DNA of 64,000 nucleotides from positions 7,077-71,076 of IMG/VR virus record IMGVR_UViG_3300005518_000016. The stretch is one strand, 5' to 3'. Positions within the stretch are counted from its first letter, which is position 1. The number at the start of each line of letters is the position of its first letter. This stretch comes from a virus. A model generated the notes under the pieces. That model saw only the letters and a program-made list of their open reading frames with translations, did not search any database and was not told the origin of the DNA. A program made the translations under genes and the position numbers. Shown in pieces: positions 27,126-37,153 of this stretch.

Positions 27126-27954
27126 AGCGAACTCGCTCAAACAACTCGGGGGTGGTCACCCCTTCATGCTCACCCTGCCACGCCGTCGGGAACTGGGGCT
27201 GCCCGGTAATGAGGAGGTTCTGGACACCGAAGGGTACCAGATATCGCTCCTGATTCGCCGGCCCGCCCCACTTCTTCAGATGGTAGGCCCGACTCCCCTG
27301 ATCGATCCGCCGCCTGAGGGCCTCGGCCTTCTCCTCCGGCAGGCTCTTGAGGGTGGTGCTGCCCTCATGGTAGTAGGGGAGCCCTGTCCCAAATATCTTG
27401 TCCCCGTCCCCACCCAGCATATACCTGCGGTGCATGTCGATGTCTTCGCAGAAGGCCGGCTGGTACCCCTCATCGAAGGGATATTTCTCGTGGCCGGCCT
27501 TGGTGATCAGGAAGCAGGAGAAATCCGGGCCTGGGAGGGGGGTGAGTCGCCCGTGGATCTGGAGCTCCTCCTCCTCGGACATCCGGCAGAAGTCCTCGTA
27601 TTGCGGCAGGGTCACCCCGGTGGCCGACACCAAGAGTGCCCCGGTCTGCTTCACCGTCTCTAGCAGGTACCAGTAGGTGGTCGGGTGGATCCGCAGATCG
27701 TTATTTAGGACTAGGGCATGATCCTCGCCGGTCTCCCAGACAAACCCCAGCGCCCTATTCCATGTTGCCGCGAGGCTGAGCATCGGCGGGTGGTGCCGCC
27801 AGTAGAGGACCTCCTTCGGGATGGGGACGATGCCCTCCGAGCCGTTGTTGATCAGGAGGATGCCGACGTCCCCGATCATCTGGGCGAGGCTGTCTTCGAT
27901 GGCACCTTGCGTGAGGGGCCAGTTGGTGACGTGGGGAATAATCACCCAGTTCAT
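27097..27954 (-). CDS. Glycosyltransferase, GT2 (GT-A fold)
   Basis: VIIP, LINNGS, AATWNRAL, LVLNND, FDEGY...CEDID motifs. Confidence 0.85.
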   Translation of the reverse strand: MNWVIIPHVTNWPLTQGAIEDSLAQMIGDVGILLINNGSEGIVPIPKEVLYWRHHPPMLSLAATWNRALGFVWETGEDHALVLNNDLRIHPTTYWYLLETVKQTGALLVSATGVTLPQYEDFCRMSEEEELQIHGRLTPLPGPDFSCFLITKAGHEKYPFDEGYQPAFCEDIDMHRRYMLGGDGDKIFGTGLPYYHEGSTTLKSLPEEKAEALRRRIDQGSRAYHLKKWGGPANQERYLVPFGVQNLLITGQPQFPTAWQGEHEGVTTPELFERVRYGQPALAHT

Positions 27955-28379
27955 ACCGGGCCTCCGATCGTCGCCTGGATCTCCTGCAACAGGGCGTACG
28001 CCTCCTTCAGGACATCCTCCACCAACACCCCCTTGTCCGTGATCACCTGCTTGACCCGGTCGTCCCAGCACTCCTCCATCTGCCAGTCCTTGGTCGCGGT
28101 CACCCGGAGGACCTGCCCCAAGTATTCCCGGCACCACTCCTCGATCAGGCCCCGCTGATGCGCCGCAAATTGTGCGTCGTCACAGGCGACGATCGAGGTC
28201 TCACCACAGGCCGCCACCCGGGCGGTGAAGATCCGGACCTCCTTCCCGTCGGCGAGGAGCGCCTTGACCCGCGCCAGCATCGCCGGGATGGGAGGTTTGA
28301 TCGGGTCGACTACCTCCATGGGCGAGGTCAACGCCGGGGTCAGTGTGCCGTCCAGATCGATGCCAATCCACCCCATCAT
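27951..28379 (-). CDS. HAD-superfamily phosphatase
   Basis: IGIDLDGTL, IFTAR, WDDR motifs. Confidence 0.8.
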   Translation of the reverse strand: MMGWIGIDLDGTLTPALTSPMEVVDPIKPPIPAMLARVKALLADGKEVRIFTARVAACGETSIVACDDAQFAAHQRGLIEEWCREYLGQVLRVTATKDWQMEECWDDRVKQVITDKGVLVEDVLKEAYALLQEIQATIGGPV

Positions 28380-28561
28380 CTCCTCCCCTTCGCCCGATCC
28401 TTCCGCCACGCCGCCCCCTGCCACCGCTTGACCTCGACATACTCGAAGGTCTTATTACAGTCCAGGCACAGGTGAACCGTTCTGGTCGGGCTGACCAGCT
28501 GCACCTCGGTCTTCCGGCTGCCGCAGTGGCGACACTTGGAATGCTTGCCTTCAAAGTCCAT
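28376..28561 (-). CDS. Small zinc-ribbon protein
   Basis: CRHC...CLDC. Confidence 0.55.
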   Translation of the reverse strand: MDFEGKHSKCRHCGSRKTEVQLVSPTRTVHLCLDCNKTFEYVEVKRWQGAAWRKDRAKGRR

Positions 28562-28791
28562 TATTCACACCCTCCTGCCCGGAAGATCACGCGCCACGTC
28601 ACCTCGACCGGTACCTCCTGCCGAAGCCAGTAATCGCCGGTACTGGGATCGTGATGGACGCGCACGGGACTGTACTTCCACGAGGCCTGCGCGATCTCCA
28701 GCTGCCCGATCCGCAGGGGCCCGTTGGTGACCAGCGCCAGCTGCAGCGCCAAGTGGGCATCGGCTTTCCACGCCTCAGAGGGCCGCGCCAC
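28561..28791 (-). CDS. Hypothetical protein
   Basis: GTG start with AGGAG RBS, 76 aa. Confidence 0.45.
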   Translation of the reverse strand: MARPSEAWKADAHLALQLALVTNGPLRIGQLEIAQASWKYSPVRVHHDPSTGDYWLRQEVPVEVTWRVIFRAGGCE

Positions 28792-30073
28792 GGGACTCCT
28801 GCTGGACGATCTCCACATGCGGCAGTGGGACGACAAAGGCCCCACCCTGCTTCAGATAGGCCCGCTCCCGCTTGAGGACGAAGTCCCTGAACTGCCAGAT
28901 CCCCAGGATGGAGATGGGGGCCGGATCCGCCATCCAGTCCTCCTCTCCCACAATAGGAATCCCGGTAATCGTCCGCCGCCCGGCCTTCTCTGGATTCCGA
29001 TCGATCCCCTGCCGGATCTCTCCAGCCCCCCACCCTAGAACCTGGAGGGTACAGTTCGACTTGGTCGACGCGCCGTACCAATCCACCACCTGCCCCTGCG
29101 ACCGGGTCACGGCGAGGATGGCCTGCAGGTGAGCACACACCGTGCTGACCCGGGTGCGGAAGTGGAGGAAGGCCGAGAGGTCCCCCCGCCCGATCTGCTC
29201 CACACTCAGCCCGGCTTCATGCTCGGCGAGGAGCTGCGCCGCCACGGTGGGGGTCAGCCGGCCCTTCTCAACCTTCCCCAGCGGGTGCAGGGTGACCCGG
29301 AGACTGCCCCCGTTGATCGCCGAGGGTTGAACGCGGGTAGCCTGCAGCCCCGAGTCGAGGCAGATCTCCAGCAGGCTCCCGAGGGTGTAGTACTCCAGGT
29401 GCTCATGGACGATGTTGTCGAAGGCCGTGGCCTGGATCTGCTGGAGGAGATCCTGGAACTGGACCACCGCTATGCCTTGGGGATGGAGGAGCCGGGCGAT
29501 CTGCTGGAAGAAGGCCACGGGATCCTCGAGGTCGTAGCAGCAGGCAATGGCGGTGATCACCTTGAACCGGCCGGCGAGCCGATCCAGCTGGTCGGTCGGG
29601 AAGTAGTCCGGGATCAGGATGTCGGTGTACCGGGAGAGGGTGTCGTGGAGATTGCGGGCTGGTTCCACCGCGGCGCGGATCGGGTGGTAGGGCAGCGACA
29701 GGTAGGCCGCGAGCAGGGTCCCGTCGTTGGCGCCGATGTCCAGCACATAGTCCGTAGCCGCCAGGGGCACTTGTGCCGCGGCCTCCTTCACGATCCCCCG
29801 GAGCTCGGCGACCATCGACTCGTTCACCGCGGATCGATACCAATAGGTCCGGTACATCCAATCCGGTGGGACGGTGCGGTCAAGCTGGGCGAGGGAGCAG
29901 TGGACGCAGACCATCAGGACTAGGGGGATCTGCCGGCGGCTCTCGAGGTCGTCCCCGGCGGCGGGGAAGTCGTTGAGCCGATGGTTACCCAAGTCTAAAA
30001 TGGGGCGGAGGGGGCCGTTGCAGGCCCGGCAGTTGAAGTGGCGACGGATCTGGAGATCAGTGGTGGGTGTCAT
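28775..30073 (-). CDS. NDP-sugar C-methyltransferase (TylC3/NovU-like)
   Basis: N-terminal Zn site CRAC...CVHC.LAQL, YWYRS, VLDIGANDGTLL, DNIVHEHLEYY, NGGSLR, YGASTK, FVVPLP. Confidence 0.9.
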   Translation of the reverse strand: MTPTTDLQIRRHFNCRACNGPLRPILDLGNHRLNDFPAAGDDLESRRQIPLVLMVCVHCSLAQLDRTVPPDWMYRTYWYRSAVNESMVAELRGIVKEAAAQVPLAATDYVLDIGANDGTLLAAYLSLPYHPIRAAVEPARNLHDTLSRYTDILIPDYFPTDQLDRLAGRFKVITAIACCYDLEDPVAFFQQIARLLHPQGIAVVQFQDLLQQIQATAFDNIVHEHLEYYTLGSLLEICLDSGLQATRVQPSAINGGSLRVTLHPLGKVEKGRLTPTVAAQLLAEHEAGLSVEQIGRGDLSAFLHFRTRVSTVCAHLQAILAVTRSQGQVVDWYGASTKSNCTLQVLGWGAGEIRQGIDRNPEKAGRRTITGIPIVGEEDWMADPAPISILGIWQFRDFVLKRERAYLKQGGAFVVPLPHVEIVQQESRGAAL

Positions 30074-30771
30074 TTCCGGATCATGGCGAGGCTGGCGAAC
30101 GAATACGATCCGAAGAGGTGGTTCCCGCTGTAGGCCCAGTCGCCCACCCCGAAGCTGAGGAACCCCAGTTCCCGCAGGGTCTGCTGCAGGGCCCGGATGA
30201 GATCGGGGTTGTAGATCCGCTCGCGCATCCAGTGGAAGTGGGCGGTGTCGGGACCGGTGCAGTTCCAGCAGTCCATGGTGAGGAAGAGGAGGCCGCCCTT
30301 CCGCAGGAGCATCTTGGCGGAGCGGAGGAATCGGCGGACCTCCTGATCAGGCACATGCTCGAGGACGGAAATGGCGGTGAGCACATCGTACTGGTCGTGG
30401 GCCTGGGTCGCCCCGTGCTGCCAGAGATCGGTCGGGAAGAAGGTGAGGCCGTGGAGAGGGCCATGGAGGGTCAGGGCGGGGTCCACGACGTCGACCGCGG
30501 ACATGACCTCCGCGAGGGTCAGGGCGAACTTCGAGCCGGCTCCACCGACGTCACAGGCTCGGAGCGGGTGATCCTCCCAGCCATCGGCCTGCTGCTGCGC
30601 CACGCGCCACTCGGAGATGGCCCGGTGGGCCATGGCGTATTCCCACCGGCGTTCTTCAGCCTGGCCCTCGGTGGCGTGGTGCTTGTCGACCAGCTCCAGC
30701 TCGGGGGCCAGCAGCAGGTAGTCCCGGGGCAGATCCATGCACTTGCTGAGCGGGATGGATGGGCGCTTCAT
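30070..30771 (-). CDS. Class I SAM-dependent methyltransferase
   Basis: RRWEY, CDVGGAGS, YDVLTAISVLEHV, LRKGGLLFLTMD. Confidence 0.85.
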   Translation of the reverse strand: MKRPSIPLSKCMDLPRDYLLLAPELELVDKHHATEGQAEERRWEYAMAHRAISEWRVAQQQADGWEDHPLRACDVGGAGSKFALTLAEVMSAVDVVDPALTLHGPLHGLTFFPTDLWQHGATQAHDQYDVLTAISVLEHVPDQEVRRFLRSAKMLLRKGGLLFLTMDCWNCTGPDTAHFHWMRERIYNPDLIRALQQTLRELGFLSFGVGDWAYSGNHLFGSYSFASLAMIRK

Positions 30772-31814
30772 GTCTGGATGATCCCGGCGACTTCCCTGAA
30801 CAGGGATCCATACTGCCGAGCTTGGTTCGCCCACGAGTCGTGCTCGGCCAGCCGGACGATCCGGGGATCCAGCCGACCGAGGGGGAGGTGCCCCAAGGCA
30901 TTCGCTATCCCCTTGGGGCTGAGATCGCTGAGCCAGCGGATGGCATAGCGGACATCGACGGTCTCCCAGAGGTCTCTGAATTGCCGACAGCCCTCGGTCG
31001 CCAGCACCGGCTTCCGCGCCGCGATCCCCTGCCGAATGGCCCCGCTGGTCCCGGTGTTGGCACACATATAGAGGAAGGCCGTGGCATCGCAGGCGGCGAG
31101 GGAGCTGACCACCTGGTCCTGTGGCAGGAACTCGCGGATCACCGCCGTCCAGGGGTTGCGGCGGCGCCACTCCTCGATCTGCATCTGGGTGGCGCGAGGG
31201 GCCAAGAGGAGCAGCGACCAGCCGGCCTCGGCGGTGGCGTCGGCTAACAGGTCGTAGTTTTTCCACGGGAAGGGGAAGCCGACGGTACCGAGAATCGGGC
31301 GAGCTCCGAGGCCGAGCCACCAGACCCAGTCGAGCGTGGGGTCTGGCGAACCTGTACCGATACGTATCGCTGGAGGAGGAGCCCAGTCGGGGATCCCCTG
31401 ACGGAGATAGATCGCCTCCGGGAGATCGGCACAGGGTTCGTGGACGACGAACCGCCCCGTCCCGGCCGCCTCCCACTGATGGATCGTAGCGTTGTAGGTG
31501 TTGATGCACTGGGGGCCGTTGGGCACCCCGGTGTCATGGTAGGTGACGACGACCGGGAGCCCCACCTGTCTCAGCTGGAGGATCTGATTGGGGGTCCAGC
31601 GACTGTGCAGCGCCGCATGGTAGTTCAGCCAGACCACCTGCGGCCCTTGGTACTCTCTGATCTCGTCCAGCTGGGCGAAGAAGGCTCTGGGATCCAGCCA
31701 GTCCGGATCGCACCGGAGGATCAGATCCGTGGGGAGGTGGGTGCGGAGGAGATCGAGGTAGGCACTAATCCCGCAGTCGATTCCGTCGGTGGAGATGGCG
31801 AGGATCTCAATCAC
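30768..31814 (-). CDS. Glycosyltransferase, GT4-like (GT-B fold)
   Basis: CGISAY, VVVTYHD, GTVGFPFPWKNYD, TSGAIRQGIAARKPVLAT, SWANQARQY. Confidence 0.8.
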   Translation of the reverse strand: MIEILAISTDGIDCGISAYLDLLRTHLPTDLILRCDPDWLDPRAFFAQLDEIREYQGPQVVWLNYHAALHSRWTPNQILQLRQVGLPVVVTYHDTGVPNGPQCINTYNATIHQWEAAGTGRFVVHEPCADLPEAIYLRQGIPDWAPPPAIRIGTGSPDPTLDWVWWLGLGARPILGTVGFPFPWKNYDLLADATAEAGWSLLLLAPRATQMQIEEWRRRNPWTAVIREFLPQDQVVSSLAACDATAFLYMCANTGTSGAIRQGIAARKPVLATEGCRQFRDLWETVDVRYAIRWLSDLSPKGIANALGHLPLGRLDPRIVRLAEHDSWANQARQYGSLFREVAGIIQT

Positions 31815-32247
31815 GGGGATCCTGCTCACCGGGGAGGAGGGGGGTGGGAGGATCCTCTGCGGTCGCTGGCGCTGATCGGGGAGCCGCCCTAATCGCTTGT
31901 GAGCGCTCCACACTCGGTGCAGGTCCACCCGTGGTGCCCGCCAAGGATTGCCCATCGGTGGAAACGAAAGCGGAACCAGCAATGTCGTTTACGCATAACT
32001 TCTCCTGTTGGCTCGGTCCCTCGGCGATCCGATCCTCGTCATCGTCGCGATAGGTCACCAGTTCGCGAAACGCCTCATCAGCGCGGCGTTCCACGTCAGC
32101 ATCTTCCTGCTGTTGCGGTCCCTCGGCGATCAGGGCGGCAAGGAGATCGCGCAGCAGATCCGCGACATCCCCATTGCCGCCTTCGCGCAGCCATTGATCA
32201 AACGATTCGACACGGGCTTTCAGGTGGGCGCGGACGTCAGAGGTCAT
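31807..32247 (-). CDS. Hypothetical protein with an internal IAEGPxQQE repeat
   Basis: 16-bp identical repeat at 32014-32029 and 32116-32131; atypical base composition. Confidence 0.5.
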   Translation of the reverse strand: MTSDVRAHLKARVESFDQWLREGGNGDVADLLRDLLAALIAEGPQQQEDADVERRADEAFRELVTYRDDDEDRIAEGPSQQEKLCVNDIAGSAFVSTDGQSLAGTTGGPAPSVERSQAIRAAPRSAPATAEDPPTPLLPGEQDPRD

Positions 32248-32447
32248 CGGCCGTCAGCCTTTCGCGCGCATTCTGAACACACAATAGTGGCTCCAATTCT
32301 TGGCTTGCGCTGGCGATACACGTCGTGTCCGCAGCTCAGTTCCGCCCATTTCACCTTCGGGTTCATCGGCGATACGCCAGCCCGGACAACCCGCGATTCC
32401 GGGCGCGTCGAATACGGCCAATCGGCTTTCGGCTCCTCAGAGGTCAT
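32244..32447 (-). CDS. Small Cys-containing hypothetical protein
   Basis: LSCGH...CSEC; ATGA coupling. Confidence 0.55.
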   Translation of the reverse strand: MTSEEPKADWPYSTRPESRVVRAGVSPMNPKVKWAELSCGHDVYRQRKPRIGATIVCSECARKADGR

Positions 32448-32638
32448 CGGCTGGTCTCGATTTCAAGTTCGCAGCCTCCAAAGCATGCCGGATCGCCACA
32501 ACGACCGCAGGGCGCGCAGAGAAGCTCGTCTAGCCGAATCTGTTCGCGCACTTCAGCGGCTTTCATGTAGGCCTCTTCATCGCAATTGACGCACCCAAGG
32601 CCATACACGCGCTCACCGCAGTTCTCGCAGGTCTTCAT
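32444..32638 (-). CDS. Small Cys-rich hypothetical protein
   Basis: CENC, CVNC, CGRC; AGGAGGAG RBS. Confidence 0.55.
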   Translation of the reverse strand: MKTCENCGERVYGLGCVNCDEEAYMKAAEVREQIRLDELLCAPCGRCGDPACFGGCELEIETSR

Positions 32639-32662
32639 CGCTCCTCCTTCTCGTGGCGTGCC

Positions 32663-33514
32663 TCACGCATCGATCACTCCCCTCCCCAGTACCCCCTCCA
32701 GTACCTCCCTCGTGTGTCTGGCATCGTAGGTCGGTTTCCCGTCCAGCCCCGTGACCACCCGCACCTGCGGCCCGTCCATCCCCAAGGGGTAGAAGATCGG
32801 ATTCCACCGGGCCTCCATCGGCTCCACGATCACCACCGGGATCCCGATCGCCACGGCCAGCACATGCAGCCCGGAGCAGCACCCGAGGAAGAGGTCGGCG
32901 TTGCGGATCGCCGCGGCCATCTCGACCCATGGCAGGGGGGGACTCAGGGGGTAGCTCCCCTTGGGCCGCTCCATTGCCCAGCGGGTCCGAGAGTCGTGGT
33001 TGAGCACCCGCATCGGCCGGTCGAGATCCTCGAGCAGGGTGATCAGGCCCACCTTGAGCTCGAAGTGGCACTCGGAGAAGCCCACCACAATCTCGGTCGG
33101 AGGCGCCTGCGGGAGGTTGGTGATCCACGGCTCGCTCAGACAGAGATCGGCCGGGGTGATCACATCCGATACAAAGGGGCGTCCGCCGTGAAGGGTGAAG
33201 GTGTACGCTGTCTCGAAGGGCAGGGGCAGCTCAGGCCACCGGCGATACCCAAGGTGGAAGGTTAGAGTGTAGGGGTCTGCCACCTCCGGCGACCGCAGGG
33301 CCGGCGGCTCCCACCCCTGTGACAGGCCCCAGGTCGGGATGGCATGGACCTGCCCGAGGTAGTCCTGCCGCGCCAACAGGGGGCTGATCGAGGCGAACTC
33401 CCCGCAGATGGCCAGGTCCACCGGCGCCCCGATCCGTCGGCTGAGAGCCCGGATCGTGGGGAGGGCCCAGAGAAGATCCCCATAGCGCCCCGGGAAGGTG
33501 GCGAGGATCTTCAC
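32663..33514 (-). CDS. Glycosyltransferase, GT9 (heptosyltransferase-like)
   Basis: GRYGDLLWALPTIRAL and ADLFLGCCSGLHVLAVAIGIPVV match the GT9 signature. Confidence 0.8.
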   Translation of the reverse strand: MKILATFPGRYGDLLWALPTIRALSRRIGAPVDLAICGEFASISPLLARQDYLGQVHAIPTWGLSQGWEPPALRSPEVADPYTLTFHLGYRRWPELPLPFETAYTFTLHGGRPFVSDVITPADLCLSEPWITNLPQAPPTEIVVGFSECHFELKVGLITLLEDLDRPMRVLNHDSRTRWAMERPKGSYPLSPPLPWVEMAAAIRNADLFLGCCSGLHVLAVAIGIPVVIVEPMEARWNPIFYPLGMDGPQVRVVTGLDGKPTYDARHTREVLEGVLGRGVIDA

Positions 33515-33813
33515 GCGAATTCCTCAAAGAAGGCCTGTAGGAGTCGATCGGTGTACTCCAGCCCATACGCACGCGCGATCCGTTCAGCTTCCTCCGCGTC
33601 CCCGATGCAGAGTGTTTCAAAGTCGCTATCCGCCGTCGCACGTAGTTCTGCGAGTCGTCCCTCGATCGCGTCTAAGTGCGTCGCACAATCAAGGGGGATC
33701 GCGTAATTGCTGTGCCCCGCCTGCCGCCCGCAGTCGCGCGAGATCAGCTCGAAGGCCGCGAAGATCGCCGGGTGACTTGCGGCCGTGATGACCAGCACAT
33801 CATGGGGGTTCAC
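33511..33813 (-). CDS. Hypothetical protein
   Basis: GTGA coupling on both sides. Confidence 0.5.
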   Translation of the reverse strand: MNPHDVLVITAASHPAIFAAFELISRDCGRQAGHSNYAIPLDCATHLDAIEGRLAELRATADSDFETLCIGDAEEAERIARAYGLEYTDRLLQAFFEEFA

Positions 33814-34508
33814 CGCGGCACCGCCAGGTAGTTCTGGAGGTGGGACGGCCACTCCTTCACCATGTACCCCTGCAGCTGCAGCCAGTGCAGGCAGGTACTC
33901 AGGGTGTGCCCGTGGGCCTTGGCCATCTCCTCCTCCCACTCAAACACGATCGTGGGCCGGTGCTCCTTGATCGTCCGCTCGAGTCCGAGCAGGGCCGCGA
34001 AGTCACACCCCTGCGCGTCGACCTTGATCAGGCTCACCCGCTGGCCGAAGAGGAAGCGGAATTCATCGAGGGGGGCCCCAGGAATCCCCCCCTCCTCCTC
34101 CACGGCCAGTGCCGGACTCCCGGTATCCTGCGGGTCGTAGGGCCTGGTCCAGCCGAGGCGCACCGTGCTGTGATAGGCCGCCACGGGCAGTATCAGGACC
34201 CGGTCGGCGCAGATCGCCTTGTTGAGATCCAGGTTGGCCCGGAGGTATCTGAGCATCTCAGGGGCGGGTTCGACTGCCACCACTCTCCAAGCCCCCTGCC
34301 CGGCCAGCCAGATGGTCCAGTCGCCGAGGTGGGCGCCGACATCCAGAATGGTGGTGCCGACCTCGCCCAGCCGGCCATATTCGCGGGCGATCACCTGCAG
34401 GAACCCCGGTCCATCCCACACGGTGCCGGCCTTGACCGTGCTGCCGATGCACTCAGCGGGATTGACCAGGAACTTCCCAAAGGGCGTATCCACCACTTCA
34501 TCCGGCAT
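33810..34508 (-). CDS. FkbM-family methyltransferase
   Basis: ILDVGAHLGDWT, VVAVEP, LIKVDAQG.D, RPTIVFE. Confidence 0.85.
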   Translation of the reverse strand: MPDEVVDTPFGKFLVNPAECIGSTVKAGTVWDGPGFLQVIAREYGRLGEVGTTILDVGAHLGDWTIWLAGQGAWRVVAVEPAPEMLRYLRANLDLNKAICADRVLILPVAAYHSTVRLGWTRPYDPQDTGSPALAVEEEGGIPGAPLDEFRFLFGQRVSLIKVDAQGCDFAALLGLERTIKEHRPTIVFEWEEEMAKAHGHTLSTCLHWLQLQGYMVKEWPSHLQNYLAVPR

Positions 34509-34539
34509 CGCAGGCTCCAACTCGGCTGTCCGAGGATCC

Positions 34540-35253
34540 CTATTGACGAGCTAGCTCCAGCGGACGGCAGGCATAGTTGCTGGCCGGGAGCTCCTCCAGG
34601 CTGTAGCCCTCCGCCTGCCAGAAGGCTTGGTAGTCCTCCCACCGGTCCCCGTGCCACATGGAAGGCCCGCTCTCATACTCGAAGGCCACCAAGGGCCGCC
34701 AGCGCCGCAGGCACGCCTGAAGGCCCACCGCGGCCCTCAGGTCGGCTCCCTGCGCGTCGATCTTGATGAAGCCGACGGGGACACCGGGGTCGAGGAGGTG
34801 GTCTACAGGAGCCCCCAGAAAGGTCCCCAGCGCGTCCATGACGAAGCCGATCGAGGACGGGTTGGGGGTCTGGTTGAGATCCTCCGGCACCGGCCAGCCC
34901 AGCATCTCAGGGGTGGCGAGGGAGAAGTAGGTCCGCCGATCAAAGGCGACCATCGGGTAGATCCACACCCGGTCCAGCAGGCCCCGCTCGCTGAGGTTCA
35001 GCTGGAGGATCTCCGCGGTGCGGGGGTGGGCCTCCCAGGCGTAGACCAATTTAAATTTGCCGGCGAGGTAGATCGTAAACCAGCCGACCGAGGCGCCAAC
35101 ATCGATGGCGGCACGACCGGGATACTTCTCCGCCGCCTCCTCGATGATCGGGCGGAGCTGCCAGTCCCAGAAGGCACCCCCCTCCAATACGGCGCCGACC
35201 TGATCCTGATCCCAGACCCAGAGGGGGCCTTGGACGGTCTGGATCTGCCTCAC
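34540..35253 (-). CDS. FkbM-family methyltransferase (tandem paralogue)
   Basis: AIDVGASVGWFT, VYAWEA, FIKIDAQG.D, RPLVAFE. Confidence 0.85.
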   Translation of the reverse strand: MRQIQTVQGPLWVWDQDQVGAVLEGGAFWDWQLRPIIEEAAEKYPGRAAIDVGASVGWFTIYLAGKFKLVYAWEAHPRTAEILQLNLSERGLLDRVWIYPMVAFDRRTYFSLATPEMLGWPVPEDLNQTPNPSSIGFVMDALGTFLGAPVDHLLDPGVPVGFIKIDAQGADLRAAVGLQACLRRWRPLVAFEYESGPSMWHGDRWEDYQAFWQAEGYSLEELPASNYACRPLELARQ

Positions 35254-36656
35254 AGCCACCCCTTGACTTTGTCTTCTACTCCGCACCGTCCCAAGAAGGC
35301 CCGCTCCGTCCCGACCACCCTCAATCCCTCGAGGGATCGGCACCGGCTCAGGGCCACGTACATCATGCTCGGCCTCGCCATGAACCCGTCGGTGATCGCC
35401 ACCTGCACCTGATCTAAAGATAATCCTTGGCTCTTATGTACGGTCGTACTGTACGCGAGGCGGAGCGGCACGTAGGTCACCACCCCCTTCACCGTGTAGG
35501 GGGGCTTTCTCTTCCCCGTCGGCTCCCGCCACTCTTTAATGGCGGGAGTCACCACGACGTCCTGCAGGGTCCGGTGGAGATACACCTTCACCCCGCCGCT
35601 CGTCGGATCCGGCCCGAGCACCGTCCCCAGGTCCCCATTGACATACTCAAAGACCCTCCGGTCCCCGGTATCAAGTTGGGGGTAGGGCTTGTTGGCGAGG
35701 ATCATCACCAGCGCCCCCTCCTTCAGCTTGAGGACCTCGGGGATCAGGCGGATCCAGTCCTTCTGCTGCTGGCCGGAGCGGGTCGTGAGGCAGGTGAATT
35801 CCTTGCCCTTGAGCCGCATGTAGCGGAGGTTGTTGACCCGGTCGACGGCGTCGTTCTTGGGCACGATGGTGGTGCCGGGGAAGTCGAGATCCAGCTTCTC
35901 TACGAAGGTCGGTCTGAGTGTGGGCAGCGCCTCGCCGGCCTGCCCGCGCCGCACGGCCTGCAGCGCCTGGATGTAGCCGGGGTCACCCTGCCGGCGAATG
36001 GTGGTCAGCCTGAAGGTGTGCTCGGCGAACCGGCTCCAGGCCCCACCCTCGAAGGCAAACGCCCCATCCACGGGGGGGAGCTGGGCGAAGTCCCCGACCA
36101 GGATCAGCTGGAGGATGCCCGCGTCCCTCGCCTCGAGCGTCACCAGTCCCTGGTCCTCATCGTAGGCCTTCGTGAGGTTGATCTCGTCCAGGCAGGTGCA
36201 GAGGATATCTAATTGGTCGGCCTCCATCATGGAGATCTCATCAAGGACGATCCGGCGATACCCAGACTTCCTCAGCATCCGCAGCTTGTAGGCGAGGAAC
36301 CCGCTGGCGTAGTGCTCCATCAGCGATTTGGTGTCGAAGTAGCTGAGGAGACTATTAATGGTGGTGGCGTCGCCCAGGTTCACCGCAGCGATCCCGGTCG
36401 TGGCGCAGAGGAGGGATCGATCCGCCTCGAGCTCCACGATCTTTCTGGCGAGGAAAGTTTTACCGGTGCCGGCGGGGCCGGAGAGGTAGGCAAAGGGCTG
36501 GGCGAGGAGATCCTCGGCGGCCACCTCAGCCGCGGGCGCCTCCACCGCCGGTACCTGTACTGTACTAGTACCTGTACTGTACGTACTAGTACTAGGGGTA
36601 CTGGGTACAGCAGCGCCGCAGGCATCGGGGAAGAGGTCCTCGAAGGATTTAGGCAT
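35250..36656 (-). CDS. SF1B (Pif1/RecD-like) DNA helicase
   Basis: GPAGTGKT, ATTGIAA, LDEISM, GDFAQLPPV, RRQ, PLRLAYSTTVHKSQGLS, YVALSR. Confidence 0.9.
   Translation of the reverse strand: MPKSFEDLFPDACGAAVPSTPSTSTYSTGTSTVQVPAVEAPAAEVAAEDLLAQPFAYLSGPAGTGKTFLARKIVELEADRSLLCATTGIAAVNLGDATTINSLLSYFDTKSLMEHYASGFLAYKLRMLRKSGYRRIVLDEISMMEADQLDILCTCLDEINLTKAYDEDQGLVTLEARDAGILQLILVGDFAQLPPVDGAFAFEGGAWSRFAEHTFRLTTIRRQGDPGYIQALQAVRRGQAGEALPTLRPTFVEKLDLDFPGTTIVPKNDAVDRVNNLRYMRLKGKEFTCLTTRSGQQQKDWIRLIPEVLKLKEGALVMILANKPYPQLDTGDRRVFEYVNGDLGTVLGPDPTSGGVKVYLHRTLQDVVVTPAIKEWREPTGKRKPPYTVKGVVTYVPLRLAYSTTVHKSQGLSLDQVQVAITDGFMARPSMMYVALSRCRSLEGLRVVGTERAFLGRCGVEDKVKGWL
36551..36608. repeat. GTAC array 1 (10 GTAC in 58 bp)
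   Basis: gtacctgtactgtactagtacctgtactgtacgtactagtactaggggtactgggtac, inside the 5' end of the helicase gene. Confidence 0.9.
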
Positions 36657-36861
36657 GAGGTGCTCGCTTCTCCAGCAGGGGCAGTCCCTCAAGGCAGGCC
36701 CGAATGAGCCGATCGGCCTTCTGGACCAACTCCTCCGGGCTATACACGCCTGGCTCCACGGAGGCCGGCGACATCGTCCCCACCACGTAGATCCTGGCAC
36801 AGAAGACGACCAGCTGGTTGACCGCCGCTTCCATGTCTTGATCGGTCAGGGAGTTAGGCAT
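36649..36861 (-). CDS. Hypothetical protein
   Basis: 70 aa, coupled. Confidence 0.55.
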   Translation of the reverse strand: MPNSLTDQDMEAAVNQLVVFCARIYVVGTMSPASVEPGVYSPEELVQKADRLIRACLEGLPLLEKRAPHA

Positions 36862-37153
36862 CGACGGTCCACCCCATCTCCATAGCGCCAGCGGCCGTGA
36901 TGCGGTCGATCAGTGGCCGGTAGAGGACCCGGGTGGGCAGGCAGGGGATCAAGATCGGCGCCCCCTGCAGAAAGGCCCGCCACTGCCGACCCTCGTGCAG
37001 GTACCCGCCACGCTCGGCCAGGCGGTGCGAGTGGACCCACCATGCGGGGGCCCCATCGGAGGTCCAGGCCTGCCGGAAGCCGAGGTAGCCGATCCGGGGG
37101 TCGACCAGGTGATCAGAAGGGATTGCGGGTGACATGGTATTCCAGCTCCTCAA
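36854..37153 (-). CDS. Hypothetical protein
   Basis: Coupled ORF; start may be the internal ATG. Confidence 0.5.
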   Translation of the reverse strand: MRSWNTMSPAIPSDHLVDPRIGYLGFRQAWTSDGAPAWWVHSHRLAERGGYLHEGRQWRAFLQGAPILIPCLPTRVLYRPLIDRITAAGAMEMGWTVDA

